A DNA stretch of 63,863 nucleotides, the filler included, from Ministeria vibrans ATCC 50519 (lineage: Eukaryota; Protista; Filasterea), in NCBI GenBank assembly GCA_943704425.1. It is 6 parts of 6 records of this genome, joined end to end, with 100 filler letters (N's around TTAATTAATTAA, not from the genome) between each part and the next. Parts side by side here need not be neighbours in the genome. Positions count along the whole stretch, not along the records: positions 27,306 to 29,323 come from CALSCP010001161.1; positions 29,424 to 61,054 come from CALSCP010002290.1; 4 more parts are not named here. One strand, 5' to 3'. The notes below the pieces were generated by a model. That model saw nothing but the letters and a program-made list of their open reading frames with translations. It was not told where the DNA came from and ran no database searches. Position 1 is the stretch's first letter, and each line of letters begins with the position of its first letter. Shown in pieces: positions 27,428 through 41,263 of the stretch. A program made the position numbers and the translations under genes.

Positions 27428-27701
27428 CTTGAGGGCAAGCTCGACAGCCTCTTCGTAGAGACCCATGGTGCTGTAGATATTGATGCAGGCGCGGTGTTTG
27501 CCTTCCTGCGAGCATAGACGCAGTGCATACTTGTGATCAAAGCACGCGTCGTTGCCTTGGCTGTTGAGGAAGTCAAGCAGCTGCGAGTCATCCATCTGCT
27601 TGGCATACAGCGTCAGCAGGTAGTTGTGGATGGCCGGGTCTCGGTTGCTCAGTGACCCCACGACAAACTCAAGATAGCGAATCGCCTGGTTCTGCATGTT
27701 C

Positions 27702-27793
<92 letters not shown>

Positions 27794-28932
27794 GTGAGAT
27801 AAAAAGCAAGAAAAAGAACACAAACAGTGAGATAACAAACCTCTTCAGAGTCACCACGATGCATGTCGTAGCGCACGAGCGCCGGGATGAGCAGACGCGA
27901 GTTGAGACGGTCTTCGCGCATCCACGAGTTGACAGTTTCGCGCGGCGCATTCATAATAAGTGGCGGTGCAAACTTGTAGTAGAGATTCATGTCGTTCTGG
28001 CGGGCAAGCACAATAAGCGCCTCGCGGAAGTTACGCTGTTGGATGTGGTGGCTGATGACACGCTCGTTGTCCTCAACGAGGGTCGCAAAGAAGACGAGCT
28101 CCTCAGCACGGCCGTTGCTCGCAAGCAGATCGTAGACCGTTTCCCGAGCCAGACTCAGGTGCTGCTTGACGCGTGCGTCCGCAAGGAACCGCGAGAATTC
28201 GTCCTGCAGACTCTCCTGCTTCTTTGTGTCACCGTCGTCGCGGTACTGGTTCAGGCGGTTCAAATACACCTAACGAGAATGTGTTAGACGGGGGCAAAAG
28301 AGTCAAACAGGACAGAGAGAGAGAGAGAGAGATAGAGCAAAACCATGCATGTACACACATACGTAAACACCATAGAGAGAAAGAGAAAAAAGAAAGGAAG
28401 AGAGAAAAAAAAAGTAGTAAGAGAGAGAGGAAAAAGAAACAAATGAGAGAAGAAAGAAATAGAAAGAAACAAAGTGATAGAGAGAGAAGAATAAACGAGC
28501 GATTGCGTTGTCTTTGAGCTACCTCGACAATCCAAGTGCAAAGCATGGTAATTTGAGTCTTCTCGCGGTCGTTGAGACTCTCTAGTTTCTTCAGCAGGAA
28601 CGTCTTGAGCGCATCGCGTTCGTCGCGCTCAATGAACTTGAGAGCCACCGCCTCAAAGCTCTTCATAGTCATGGCGTAGTAGGTGGCCGCCAGAGGGAAC
28701 CGGCGTGTCTCAAAGTAGTAGTCCGCCTGTGCTGTAAGCACTCGGTCGCGGAAGACGGCGTTTTCGTTGCAGTACTGCAGCGCCGTGTCAAACTGAGTTC
28801 GAAAAAATATTGCACAGAAAAGGTGTTTGGTGTGTCGTTAGGGTTGCTCAGCTCCTGCTCGTGTTGTGCGGTTACCTGTTTCTTTTCTAAATAGAGCCGC
28901 CAGACATCGCGTTCTTCATCGGTGACCACAAT
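27428..28932 (-). CDS. VPS18: VPS18/Pep3 HOPS-CORVET subunit, internal fragment
   Basis: DEERDVWRLYLEK, QADYYF...SFEAVALKFI, QITMLCTWIVE, AIRYLEFVV...DPAIHNYLL, FDHKYALRLC and MGLYEEAVELAL. Confidence 0.93.
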
Positions 28933-29018
28933 CTACGCAACAAGAGAAAGATAATAAGCAGAGAGAAATTGAAAAAAAGGAGGGAGAAAGAGACAAAATT
29001 GATTGAAAGAAAGTGATA

Positions 29019-29281
29019 GAGAGTTTCAGAGAGTTTGAGAGAGAGTTTGAAAGTTTGAGAGTTTGAGAGTTTGAGAGTTTGAGAGAGATAGAGTTTGAAA
29101 GTTTGAGAGAGTTTGAGAGTTTGAGAGTTTGAGAGAGATAGAGTTTGAAAGTTTGAGAGTTTGAGAGAGAGTTTGAGAGAGAGAGAGTTTGAGAGAGAGA
29201 GAGTTTGAGAGAGTTTGAGAGAGTTTGAGAGAGAGTTTGAGAGTTTGAGAGTTTGAGAGTTTGAGAGTTTGAGAGAGAGAG

Positions 29282-29323
<42 letters not shown>
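29019..29323. repeat. Degenerate (GAGAGTTT)n/(GA)n satellite
   Basis: Repeated GAGAGTTT units grading into (GA)n at the contig end. Confidence 0.9.
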
Positions 29324-29427
29324 NNNNNNNNNNNNNNNNNNNNNNNNNNNNNNNNNNNNNNNNNNNNTTAATTAATTAANNNNNNNNNNNNNNNNNNNNN
29401 NNNNNNNNNNNNNNNNNNNNNNNGAGA

Positions 29428-29470
<43 letters not shown>

Positions 29471-29474
<4 letters not shown>

Positions 29475-29712
29475 AAGAAAAAGTGATAGAGAGAAAGAAA
29501 CAAAGCGATAGAGAGAAAGAAACAAAGTGATAGAGAGAAAGAAACAAAGTGATAGAGAGAAAGAAACAAAGCGATAGAGAGAAAGAAACAAAGTGATAGA
29601 GAGAAAGAAACAAAGTGATAGAGAGAAAGAAACAAAGTGATAGAGACAAAGAAACAAAGTGATAGAGAGAAACAAAGTGATAGAGAGAAGGAAACAAAGT
29701 GATAGAAAGAGA
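29471..29712. repeat. ~22-nt minisatellite GAGAAAGAAACAAAGTGATAGA
   Basis: About 10 tandem copies. Related copies at 37071-37232. Confidence 0.9.
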
Positions 29713-29825
29713 GAAAAAGCGTTGGGAGTGGGTGAGAATAGAAAAAGAGAAATGAGGGAGAGAAGAATGAAGTGGTTGCTAAGGTGAGAGCTGGCACAAA
29801 AAGGATAAAAACATGAAATGTATAC

Positions 29826-30883
29826 CGTGTCGTTCAAGGTGACTTCGGGTCTTCTAGGCCGGAAATCGAGGTGAAGGGTGGCCCTGAGCAAAACCTTGTC
29901 CACGACAGACCAGTGACACGCGCCCATTGCGGCAAAGACAGGGTCGACGGCAGGATCGGGAGGAAGACTGCAGAGAGCACGCAGGCGGGTGAGAAGAAGT
30001 GCGCCTACGTAGGCTATGGGAGCGGGTGCGGAGAAGCGCGGAGCGGGCACTTGCGAGAGGAGTTGCAGTTGACTGAAAAAGTCGCTGAGGGAGACGTTGG
30101 CGGTGGACACAAGGAAAGAGGTGCTGTTGGAGTGGCTGTCGTCTGCGCAGGCAGGTGTCAAAAGAGCCGCTTGAGTAATGACGTGGCTCACGTCGCGAAC
30201 GTCGACAAAGGCGACATTGCCGGTGGGCGTGAAGGGAATGGCACGTTGCAAGAAGCGCTTGACCAGCAGTGTCGACGAGAGGCGCGTGTCGCCTGGTCCC
30301 AGCAAGAGAGAGGGTCGCACAATGATGAGTTGGATGTTGAGCTGGGTTGCACAAACAACAAGGGGGAAAGAGGAGGGTGTTAATGCATTGTTGACATTGT
30401 GTCAAAACATACTTCGTCGGCGAGTTTTCGAGCGAGTTTTTCGCCCTCGATCTTAGACTCGTAGTAGGGAAAGCCGGCAACGGCATCCTCGCAATACGGT
30501 GAATTGTCGTCAAACATGACGGTGGCGGAGCGCGAGCAGGCCACAACACCCGAAGAGGACGCAGCGATGACAAGTTTGACGCCTGCCTTGGCAGCAGCGC
30601 GCATCACCGACTCAGTGCCGCCTACGTTTGTCCGAAACATTTCACGCACCGACGCGCTGTCCGTTGTATGCGCAACAAGCCCGGCCAGGTGTACAACGAC
30701 GTCAACATCGGCAAACGCGGCCGGTGGAGGCGAATTGACGTTGCCAACATAAATCTCCCCGTCGGCTGAATGGGAGGGAGATCTTGCCAATGTACGCACT
30801 CGAGCGCCACATTTCAAAAGCTGCAGAACAACATGGCGCCCGAGAAACCCTGTACCGCCCGTCACCAGGACTGTTTTCGTCAT
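29826..30883 (-). CDS. NAD-dependent epimerase/dehydratase (extended SDR, dihydroflavonol-reductase-like); last exon missing
   Basis: VLVTGGTGFLG (Rossmann), VVHLAG, TNVGGT, SSSGV, YYESK (YxxxK), RPSLLLGPGD and FVDVRDV. Confidence 0.9.
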
Positions 30884-31003
30884 TGGGCGTGGAAGAAGAG
30901 AGAAATAAAACTTTCGTATTGTGACACTCTTGTGAAAATACAATACTCAAAACAATTATTATTATTATTCATAACATTGTTTGTGTTGTACGTTGGGAAT
31001 AGG

Positions 31004-33785
31004 ATGCGGTCTGCTATGGCACTGTGGCGCATGTTGATGATCATTGGGGCTCTGGTCTCCGTCGGCAGTGCGGTTGAAAAGAAGATGACGATTCGCATGC
31101 CCAACGTCCGCATCAGCCACGCCGACGACTACTATTGCGCCCACTTTGATTTGCCTAAGATGGACGATGTATGGTTCGCCGGGCCTTGCTCAGTTTTTTT
31201 TTTTTGATGTGTTTAAAAATAATTTGACTCAATGTTTTTATATATTTTTATCATTTCAGGTTTCCATTTCGGCATTTGTACCGCGCACAGTGCCAGGTCA
31301 TGTGCACCACATGCTTGTTTACGGATGTTCGAACCGTGCTGCGCCGTCGAGCGAGCCGCATGTGTCGCTGGACTCGTTCGACGACGACTTTACCCTTTCG
31401 GCGGTGCGAGCGTTTGCTTGCAAGAGTATGGGTCCGTGTCCGTCCTCGCAGCAGCAAATACTCTTTGCCTGGGCCCTCGACGCCGACGGCGTTTCTTTGC
31501 CACATGATTCGGGCTTTGCTGTGAGCGGCGTCTCATCGGTCCAGTCGCTTGCACTGCAAATTCACTACAAGGGTGCCGCCGTCGACGACACAAGCGGCGT
31601 CGAGCTTCACTTGACCAATCTTGCGGCGTACCGCGCCGGCATCTACATTCTTGCGAGTGCTTCGCGCACCGCCATACCACCCGGCAAGGACTCGGCGGAG
31701 CTCAAGGCACGCTGTACGTTTAATGGCGACAAGCCCATGACGGTGTTTGCGTATCGCACGCACGCTCACAAGCTGTCGACTCGCATCACGGGTGTGCTCA
31801 CACGGAGCTCGGGAGACACAACTCCTTGGGTGTTTGCCGATCGCAGTCCACAATTGCCCCAGGCTTTTGTCTCTACTCAAAAGTCAGTGGTGATTGCGCC
31901 GGGCGACGTGGTCGAGGCGACGTGTTACTACAACACTCATTCCAAGGCAACCTACACCCATATTGGCTCGGACTCGTCCGACGAAATGTGCAATCTTTAC
32001 CTCATGTTCTACGACCTCGACGGTGGCACATGGGTGTGCACCGACTCGGGCTATCTCTACCATATGTCATTAGGCTTACCACGGTTGCCCCAGCCCGACG
32101 AGTCGCAGTTTGAAACGGAAACGGAAACGGAAACGGAAACGGAAACGGAAACGGAAACGGAAACGGAAACGGAAACGGAAACAGAGTCGGGTTCAAGTTC
32201 GACGGACATTGAAAATCAAGTCAAAGAACAAGAGGAGGAAGAGGAGGAGAATGCAGCGGCGAATATGGATGGAAACGCTGACGAGACGGATGTATTCGGG
32301 ACCTTTTCACTTCTCATCGGCTTCGATCGAGAGTTGACAGACGTTGCGCAGTTGGGTCAAGTGAGTGGAGTGGTGTTGGACCCGGCGGATGCTTCGCGTC
32401 TGTGGGTATTCCATCGTGGAGCACGCGAGTGGGGAAGAGGCACCTACACGTCTGGAAATCGACTTGTTGACGAGACACCCATTGCAAGTGCGACCCTCTC
32501 CGTGGTGGACGCTTTCACTGGACGCCTCCTCAATCAGATGGACTACTCCAAGGGCCGTTTTTACATGCCTCACGCACTTACCATGAGCACGACAAGAGAC
32601 CTGTGGGTGAGCGACGTGGGCTCGCATCTGGTGCAAAAGTTGCGCGCCGACGATGGCACAGTGCTGGTGACGGTAGGCACCAAAATGCAGCCGGGCAGCG
32701 ACCTGTTGCACTTGTGTAAGCCGGCGGGCATCGCACTCACTCCCGACGAGCGTTTTGTATATATCGCGGATGGTTACTGCAACGCTCGCGTGCTCAAGGT
32801 GGACGCGCAATCGGGACAAGTGCTCACGCAGTGGGGCTCGCCCGGCAGAGGGAATGGCGAGTTTGTTTTGCCGCACGGCGTTGCCGTGGCGTCCGATGGT
32901 ACAGTGATTGTAGCGGACCGTGTGAATGGGCGCGTGCAACTTTTTAGCGAACATGGATTGTTCATTCGAGCGTTTCCCGGTAGCTCCGCATGGGGTCCTG
33001 TCTACGATGTTGCCATCCCGCAGGCGGGTCACAGGTCAGTGCTGTTTGCACTGGCAGGCGAACCCAACGACGGTGCGGGTAGTCATCTGACCACTTCGGA
33101 CAACGTTGGGACTGTCGCCGCAGAGTTTGGGTCGGGCGTGTTGGGCCGTGGACACGCTCTTGCGCTCAGTGCCAATGGTGAACGCGTGTACATTGCCGAA
33201 ATTGGTCCAAACCGTGTCACGGTGTACACCACGCCGCAAGGCCGCACTTCCGATAATGGCGATGACAGTGGCGCTGGGGATCCTCAGGTTCAGCCCAATC
33301 AAGACGGCAACGATAGCAATGATGAGGGCACAGACGACACACTGAACGGCGGCGGCGATGATGGCCATAATGTTTCATCTGTGCCTCACGTTTCGCCTGT
33401 CTATGACGCGAGCAACGGCAAGACGGAAACGACGACGCCCGATCGAGTGAGCATACCGAGTGCCGATGAGCCCGTCACGATAAATCCCCTCAACGCACCG
33501 GGTGCGCGTCCCGACTTCAAGTATGTACCCAGCGCCGCCGAGTCCACTGCATCTGCATTGCCCACCGGCTCAACCACCGATCCTGTGACAGACTCGGGCG
33601 CCTCGTCGCTCACCCTGAAGCGTCTAGCTATTGCCTTTTCCGCTCTGGGCTTTGTGGTGTTTGCTGTGACTCTTATCTATGTTGGCGTAACGCTCTCTCG
33701 TTCCCGACATCACAGCCGGCGCTATCACAAGTTGAATATGGGTGCAGATGACATTGGCGATGAGATCTGCATTGACGAATTGTAA
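31004..33785 (+). CDS. PAM: Bifunctional peptidylglycine alpha-amidating monooxygenase (PHM + PAL), type I membrane protein
   Basis: Signal peptide, with intron 31169-31259. PHM copper ligands HVHHM, QIHY, YRTHAH and DEMCN. PAL NHL repeats MPHAL, ADGYCNARV, LPHGVAV and ADRVNGRVQ. TM LAIAFSALGFVVFAVTLIYVGVTL and a short acidic tail. Confidence 0.93.
32112..32182 (+). repeat. Coding (GAAACG)n repeat encoding an (ET)n linker in PAM
   Basis: About 12 tandem GAAACG units in frame. Confidence 0.95.
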
Positions 33786-33953
33786 CGCGATTGTGTAAAA
33801 TATATAATAATGACGTAATATTATGATATTTCATATGCAATTAACTCTCATTTATGTATCATATTTTCATAAACCTTTTTATATGCATTGTATTATAATT
33901 ATTGTATGTGTTATGTGAGTTTCGGACTTACGCTTGACAATTTTTTTAATTCA

Positions 33954-35839
33954 ATGAAGATCTTCATAGCAGTTGTCTGTCTTATTGCTGTACGCCCCGC
34001 CTGGGCTCTGACAACAGAGTCATTGGCGAGTTCTCGGCCCAATTTTGTTGTGTAAACAAACAAACCATTCGGACTTTCCGTCTCCTCCGCAGATGTCACA
34101 CTCGCTGACATGTGTGTGTATGTGTGTGTGTGTATGTATGTATGTATGTATGTACGTGTGTGTGTGTGTGTATGTGTGGGTGCATTGGTGCGCGTAGGTT
34201 CTTCCTTGACGACTTCGGCTTTGGCGACCTGGGCGCAAACAACGCCGCAACCAAGGAGACGCCGCACATGAACGCACTTGCCGCGTCGGGAATGCGCTTT
34301 ACCGACCTCCATGCAGGTGCCAGCGTGTGCACCCCCTCGCGAGCAGCACTCCTTACGGGTCGTCTGGGTCTCCGCACAGGAATCACACACAATTTTGCGC
34401 CTCCGTCTGTGGCAGGACTGCCGACGAACGAGACGACCTTCTCCGAAGTGCTGAAGCAGGTAGGTCTGACTGTGTCTCTCTCGCTCCCAGTTGGTTCTCC
34501 CGACAACAACACGCGAAACTGATTTTTATTGTTTAATGTTTATCATTTCTCAAATGTCCAGAATGGATACAGTACGGCTATGATTGGCAAATGGCACTTG
34601 GGCACCACCAAGGGCTTCCATCCATTTGATCGGGGCTTTGACCACACTTGGATCATTCCTTACTCAATCGACATGGGTTGCAACGACCAGTGTGGCGCTA
34701 CAGATCAGAATATGCCGCGCAATGTGCCCGTCAACGGTCGATGTAAGAACGAGAGCACCCAGCACGTCCTGGAGACGTCCCACCTCTCTCCCGCCATTCC
34801 GTACTACGGTGGAAACACCACGGTGACACGGCAGCCGATGGATTTGTGTGCTCTTGCGTCAACCTATGCTGATGTGAGTACCCGCTTCATCCACGAGCAC
34901 AAGAATGAGCCCTTTCTTCTCTATGCACCCCTGTCACAAATGCACGTTCCTCACGGTAAGGAGAACACATTAAAGTTTGTGAGTGCTTGGGGCTCATCAC
35001 TCACATGTGCAACACTTACCACAGCACACGCACCGCAGTGGACCAACACATCGTCGCGCGGCATTTTCGGCGACACTCTGCGCGAGGCGGACTGGACCGT
35101 CGGGCAAATCTTGAGCGCCCTTGAGAGTGCGGGAGTGCGTAACAACACCTTGGTCATGCTTTTTGGTGACAATGGACCTGTATGAAAACGTTTGCAAAAA
35201 CAGAGGGGACCACCAACAAATATTGTTCTCATCATATACGTATTATACATCGTATTATGCGTGTGTGTGTGTGTTTTTTTTTTAGTGGGAAGTGAAATGT
35301 GAGCTTGCGGGTTCACATGCGCCGTTTACTGGCGAGTGGATGAAGCAGCGAGAGGGCGGGGGAGGTAGCACAGGCAAATTCACCGCGTGGGAGGGTGGCC
35401 ATCGCGTCGCCGGGCTCTTTAGCTGGCCGGGTGTCATTCCATCTGGCTCAGTCAACGGTATGATTGTGTCATTATGTTGGGCGACTCGTTTTTCTGATGG
35501 TTTTGGTACTAGAGGGACTGGCGAGCACAATGGATGTGCTGCCCACGCTGGCGCATCTGAGTGGCGCGTCATTGCCGGCTCATCGGCAGTTTGACGGAGT
35601 GAATCTGACTCCTAATTTACTGAGTGCGACGGCAGCGCCGGCGCACGCAACACTGTTTCATCCGGAGAGCGGAACGGGTACAGTGAGTGGGGGCGGCGGA
35701 GAAGATGCGGAGGCTAAGGGGACCATTATTGCGATGCGTATGGGCGCGTACAAAGCACATTTTCAGACGGGCGGTTCAGCGCCCGCCTGTGGTGGCAAAA
35801 ACGCAAAGTAGGCATGTGTGTGTATGTGCGTGTCTTTGT

Positions 35840-35924
<85 letters not shown>

Positions 35925-36381
35925 CTTTGTGGTGTGTGTGTGTGTGTGTGGGTCCTTGTGGTGTGTGTGCGTGTGTGCGTGTCTTTGTGGTGTGTGTGCG
36001 TGTCTTTGTGGCGTGTGTCTGTGTGTAACTGTGTGTTGTGTGTTGAAAATATGGGTTGTTTTCTTTCTTTTATAGACTCACTGCACATGATCCGCCGCTC
36101 TTGTTTGACCTGTCGACGGATCCCCAAGAGGGAAATGCATTGGACACGTCATTGCCTGAGTATGCGAGCGTGGTTGCACAGATGAAAGACCATCTAAAAC
36201 AACTCATGGCCAACATCAAAGGTAGTGCACAGAGCGACTGAATAGTATATGTGCGAGTATGTTTGAGTGACTTTGTGTGTGGTTCTTTACAGCCGACAAC
36301 ACAACCACAGCGGACTACTCTACTGCTGCGTGGGCATCCCCCTGCTGCAACCAAGCCGACCCTCTTTGCCGCTGCAACTAA
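33954..36381 (+). CDS. ARSG: Arylsulfatase (ARSG/ARSA-like), multi-exon
   Basis: Signal peptide, RPNFVV|[24 protein letters not shown] (formylglycine motif), [41 protein letters not shown] and a C-terminal PCC...CRC. Confidence 0.88.
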
Positions 36382-36505
36382 TCGTAGTACAGTGCGATAT
36401 AATTCATACTTTTTTCATTATTATTTATTTGTTTCTCTCTCTCACTTTTTCTCGACTCTTGTGCGTGACAAAGAGAGAAAATTCGTCGCTGAGAGACGGA
36501 TTTAT

Positions 36506-37040
36506 TTATTCAATTTGACTCTGGGTAATGCCTGGAATCCAATAGGATGTCACTGTGTCCTGCTCGTCGATCCACGCAATGCCCTCCTTCACCAAGTCAT
36601 TCTATCCCCCATAGTAAGGAGTGAGCACACATACACAAGGCTGACAGACACACTGAGTTGCATTACCAGTACTGACTGTGCTCGTTCCGCTGTCCACTGG
36701 TGCGTTTCCATCAGCTGCTCACATGTCACCCCTTGGTCTCTCTCCTGCGCAAGTACATGCATTACGTTGGAAATTAAAAGGGGAGCGGACAGTCCAATTG
36801 AGAAAAGAGACGCTACTTACGTTGACGAGGGAAAACACTTCGTTTGCATCTCGATTGAGTTCACCCGGAACAGACCTTACAATCCTACGCAACAATACCA
36901 TTTTCATCAATGTCACGGAAGCAGCCCGTTGCTTTGCACAGTACTTTGTGCTTCCCAGTTGAATGACACCAAACCCACCGCCCAATACACTCATTGTTCG
37001 AATGGCACGTTCAACATCATCTCTATGCAAAGAAAACAAG

Positions 37041-37076
<36 letters not shown>

Positions 37077-37972
37077 AAGAAACAAAGTGATAGAGAGAGA
37101 GAGGAGAAAGAAACAAAGTGATAGAGAGAGAGGGGAGAAAGAAACAAAATGATAGAGAGAGAGAGAGGAGAAAGAAACAAAGTGATAGAAAGAGAGTGAT
37201 TGAGAGAGAGAGAAAGAAAAAAGTGATAGAGAGAGAGAGAGAGAGAAAGGAGGGAGAAAGAATCAGTGTGTGAGAAAGAGAGAATTGAGACAGACACAAA
37301 ATTTCTGACTCTGAAATTTCGTTTGCGTTTTTTCCGCGCTTTCGTCTGAGTCGCAATGTCAATTGACTCAATGGAATCAAGCCACCAGTGCTGTCACGAG
37401 CGGCCAAACAAATTTCACTTGCCTACAGAACACAACCGTTGACTCACAAACACACAAGAGGTCGTTCAACAACAACACTATCATTCTACCTGAACGGCAA
37501 GTTCATAGTAGAAGTCGCCCACGCCCAGAAGCTGCGACCAAAAGCCCTTTTGTGACGCCAGAGGGTCGACTCCAATGGTGCCACACATTTGCTGGGTACA
37601 AGACGAGCGAGTGAGGAGAGAGCGAGAGAACAGAACACACACTTTTTGACAGGACCGCATTTGCAGCGCCACACGCCACTGTTGATAGCCACGCCGACGC
37701 GGACGGCTGCGTGGACGTGCCGCCGAGCCCGTCCGCCCCCTCTGCCCCACCGCACACATTGAACTTACTTGGAAGCGGCGTCGGAACTCATGGTTCTTCC
37801 GTATCCTCGAACGATAGCTGCTCGCGAACGTCTCAAGACGGTCTTTGAACGACGCCATCTGTGTCGTGACCGTCTCCAGCTGCATCTGTTCAATCTCAGC
37901 GCCTTTGTCCGAGAAATTCTTCACAGCGACTTTATGGCGCGCAACCCCTCCGATCCCCACGCCCCGCCGCAT
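36506..37972 (-). CDS. SNF8: ESCRT-II subunit SNF8/VPS22/EAP30, multi-exon
   Basis: [15 protein letters not shown]|[45 protein letters not shown]...[13 protein letters not shown] and EGIAWIDEQ...YW. Confidence 0.95.
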
Positions 37973-38288
37973 TGCCAGCGACTGAATGCACGCTAAGACC
38001 GAAACTGCGATCCCCCAACTCGTGGGTGGGCTTGTACACGAATGAAGAAAGAATAACCATTAATTATTAATTGGTCTTAACTTCAGACTCTTCAACTGCC
38101 ACGACAAAATCAACTTCCACGCCGCAAACACAAGAACACAACAAGTGCTATGCGCTTGATCTACACACTTATTCACGCTGCCTCGTTTACTCTCCCCCGA
38201 ATCCTTTGCGGCCGATCTTCTGGTCTACTCGGCTCTAGCTGGCGTTGGAGTCGTCTCTCTCTGTTGCGGCGTCAAATTTGTCAACAAA

Positions 38289-39357
38289 ATGTTGCACGCC
38301 TTCAAACGATCGCTAAACAGCAGCATGTGCAAGCAAATGCTCAATTACCACAGCAATCCTGTCCCCGACCTACCGCAGTGGGGCGTGGACGTGCTCGAAT
38401 GCGCCAGAACAGGCGACAGCGACCAACTTGAGCGTATCTTTCGCGAGAACCCATCCGCCAAAGCCGACGCCGTCAATCCCATCACTGGGAGGACGCCACT
38501 CATGATCGCGTGCGGCCATGGTCATTTGCGATGCGTCGAAGTTCTTCTTAATGTAAGTGTACGATCAAATGGCGTGTCGCCGTCCGTCATGTGAGGGGAA
38601 GGAAAAGGCGTTTATTCGGGTCGATGAAGTGCTGTGTGTGTGATGACGCTTCTCGTTGTGACAGGCCGGAGCGTGTCCGCACAAGAAGGACTTGATTTGG
38701 AACCATACAGCCCTGTTTCATGCCTTGTCAAACGGCCATCCAAACGTAGAGGTCGTCAAGCTGCTCATTTTGGTGAAAGTCACAAAGAACAATTTGGCGC
38801 GACTATCAAAACTGACACGCGTTATGACTGACGACTCCCGTAGGTCGGGACAAAGCTTGACGTTGTGGATGCCCAAGACAAAACGCCCCTGATCTGGGCC
38901 GTGCGCTATGGGTACATTGATATTGTCGATGTGCTGATCAGGGTATGAGAGCGAGTGAGACAAATTTGGTTTATTATTGTTACGTTTGTTTCAGTGTATT
39001 AATATTTTAAACGCTCGCAATTGTTCTTTCTCAATAGTGTTTAGTATTAAATTCTATTGCGCACATAATTATATTTGTTATAACTATTATGTTCGCATAA
39101 TAATATTATTATTAATTAATAATAATTTTTCGTTTTTATTATTGTAGGGCGGTGCGTCGGTCAATTTCCAAATTGAAAAGTGCAAATCGACTGCACTGAG
39201 CGTCGCGATTGCTGCCGAGCATGTCGAGCTTGTGCGTATGCTTGTAGAACATGGATCAAATGTCAACGTGTGCGACGAGCGGGGTGACACTCCTCTCATG
39301 CGAGCCATTGCGGGACGGAAAGAAAGCATTGTGCGCATTCTTGTGAGGGTAATAATA

Positions 39358-39420
<63 letters not shown>

Positions 39421-41081
39421 CAATCATAAAATTTTAATAATAATAATAATTATTATTATTATTATTAGATTCTCTATGACGTATTAATTTCTTCTTATTC
39501 ATAATGCTTTCATTTGTAGGCCAACCCTCCTCCCTCACTCAAGGTCAAAAATCGCTATGGATTGACGATGCGGTCTCTGATTGAAGCGTGCCTACGTGAG
39601 CACAAAGCAAACATTGTCGAGGCTCTTTTGGAGGTACATAATTATATGGACAAAACCCCAGAATAAGATACTCTAAAATATTGAGGAAGAAGACATTAAT
39701 TCCAATAATATTATTGATATTAATAATAATTTTAATCCTTCTGTTTTTATATACATAATTATACAGTGTGCCTACATTTTGGACGAACTAATGGGTGTTA
39801 GTATTGAAGGTCGTGGCCGACAAAGACGTTCAATGCTGATGTGGGCTGCCTGGCACGGTAATTAAAAACCGCATCTTAAACCTTTGCAATTATTTTCCAG
39901 AATAATGTAATAAAAATAATTATTATAATGATGATTTCCCAGGCAACGATCGGCTGGTAAAAATGCTTGTGCTAGCGGGGGCGGACATTCACGAACGGGA
40001 TCCGTCCAGTGGTTCAAATGCACTGATGCTCGCTGCACAAAACAACAACATTATGTGTGCCGAAATGCTTCTCAAAGTACGCATAACGACGTGTTTGTTT
40101 TTTTAAAAAATAATAATAATAATAATAATTATTATTATTATAATGACGTATAATAATTATTATTATAATATTAAGACCCGCGCGTACGACGATTATCATT
40201 AATAATAATAATAAAATAATTATTATTATTATAATTAACGTCAATAATAATTATTTATTACTTCTTTTCAGGCTGGCGCAGACCCAAATGCACGAGACAA
40301 CGCTGGAAACTTTCCGCTCTGGCACGCTGCTGTAAGCAGACATTACGAGTGTGCTCATGTTCTATTACTCGTACGATACAATGATAAATAATTAAAATTT
40401 TCAACTTATGAAAAGTTGTACATCTAAACCTCTTCTTTATCGTTCACATCGATGTAATTATCATCACTCTTGGACAGGCTGGCGCGGATCCAAACCTGAG
40501 GGGCGAACATAATGCCTCTCCACTTTTTATGTCGGTAGTGTCGGGCGACGTTGCTGTTGCTCACCTGCTTTTGACGTACAACAATCATAATTATTATGAT
40601 AATAATAAGAACGGCATTACAATTACTATTAATTTTTGTCTTTTTTTACAGGGCGGGCGCATTGATTGACCGCACCGACATGCGCGAGAGCCGATCTGAA
40701 ATGACAGTGTTTGACATTGCTCACTTGAGCATGACTGACTTCGTGACGTTCATCGAGCCCTACATGATGCCGACAGTGCGACTCGGCAGGGCAAACGAAG
40801 CGACACCCAGCGCCAGAATGCTCCGCACACGTGAACAAATGATCCTGCTGTTGCTCGAGCCGCAGTGGCGCTCACTGGCGCAACTCGCAAGAGCTACCAT
40901 TGCGCGCGAAAAGATTGCTCAACGCTTGTGCGAACCGCCTCTGCTGCGTGCGACACTTGGGGGCGAACCAGTCACCGTCTCGCACAACGAACTCGACGGC
41001 AAATTTCTGATGCAATTTCTCCATTTGGACGCGCGTCCAAGTCCTCGTCGCGCGAGATCGTACCGAAGCGCAGTGTTATAA
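38289..41081 (+). CDS. Ankyrin-repeat protein with a putative C-terminal SOCS box (ASB-like), many exons
   Basis: Ankyrin motifs GRTPLMIACGHGHLRCVEVLL, KTPLIWAVRYG, GDTPLMRA and GADPN. The C-terminal WRSLAQLARATIAR resembles a BC box. Confidence 0.8.
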
Positions 41082-41263
41082 CCTCCAAAAACGAAATAAA
41101 TGACAGAGAGAGAGAGAGAGAGAAAAGAAAGAGAGTGACAGGATTTTGTTCATGACACTACCGCATCGTTTGAATTGAATTTAAGAACAATAAGAATAAT
41201 AATAATAAGAATAATAAGAATAATAATTAATTTATTATTATTATTATTATTATCATTATTACT

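Noticed and set aside
29471-29712. Regular ~22-nt repeats resembling a CRISPR array
   Set aside because: Head-to-tail with no unique spacers and no cas genes. It is an intronic minisatellite.
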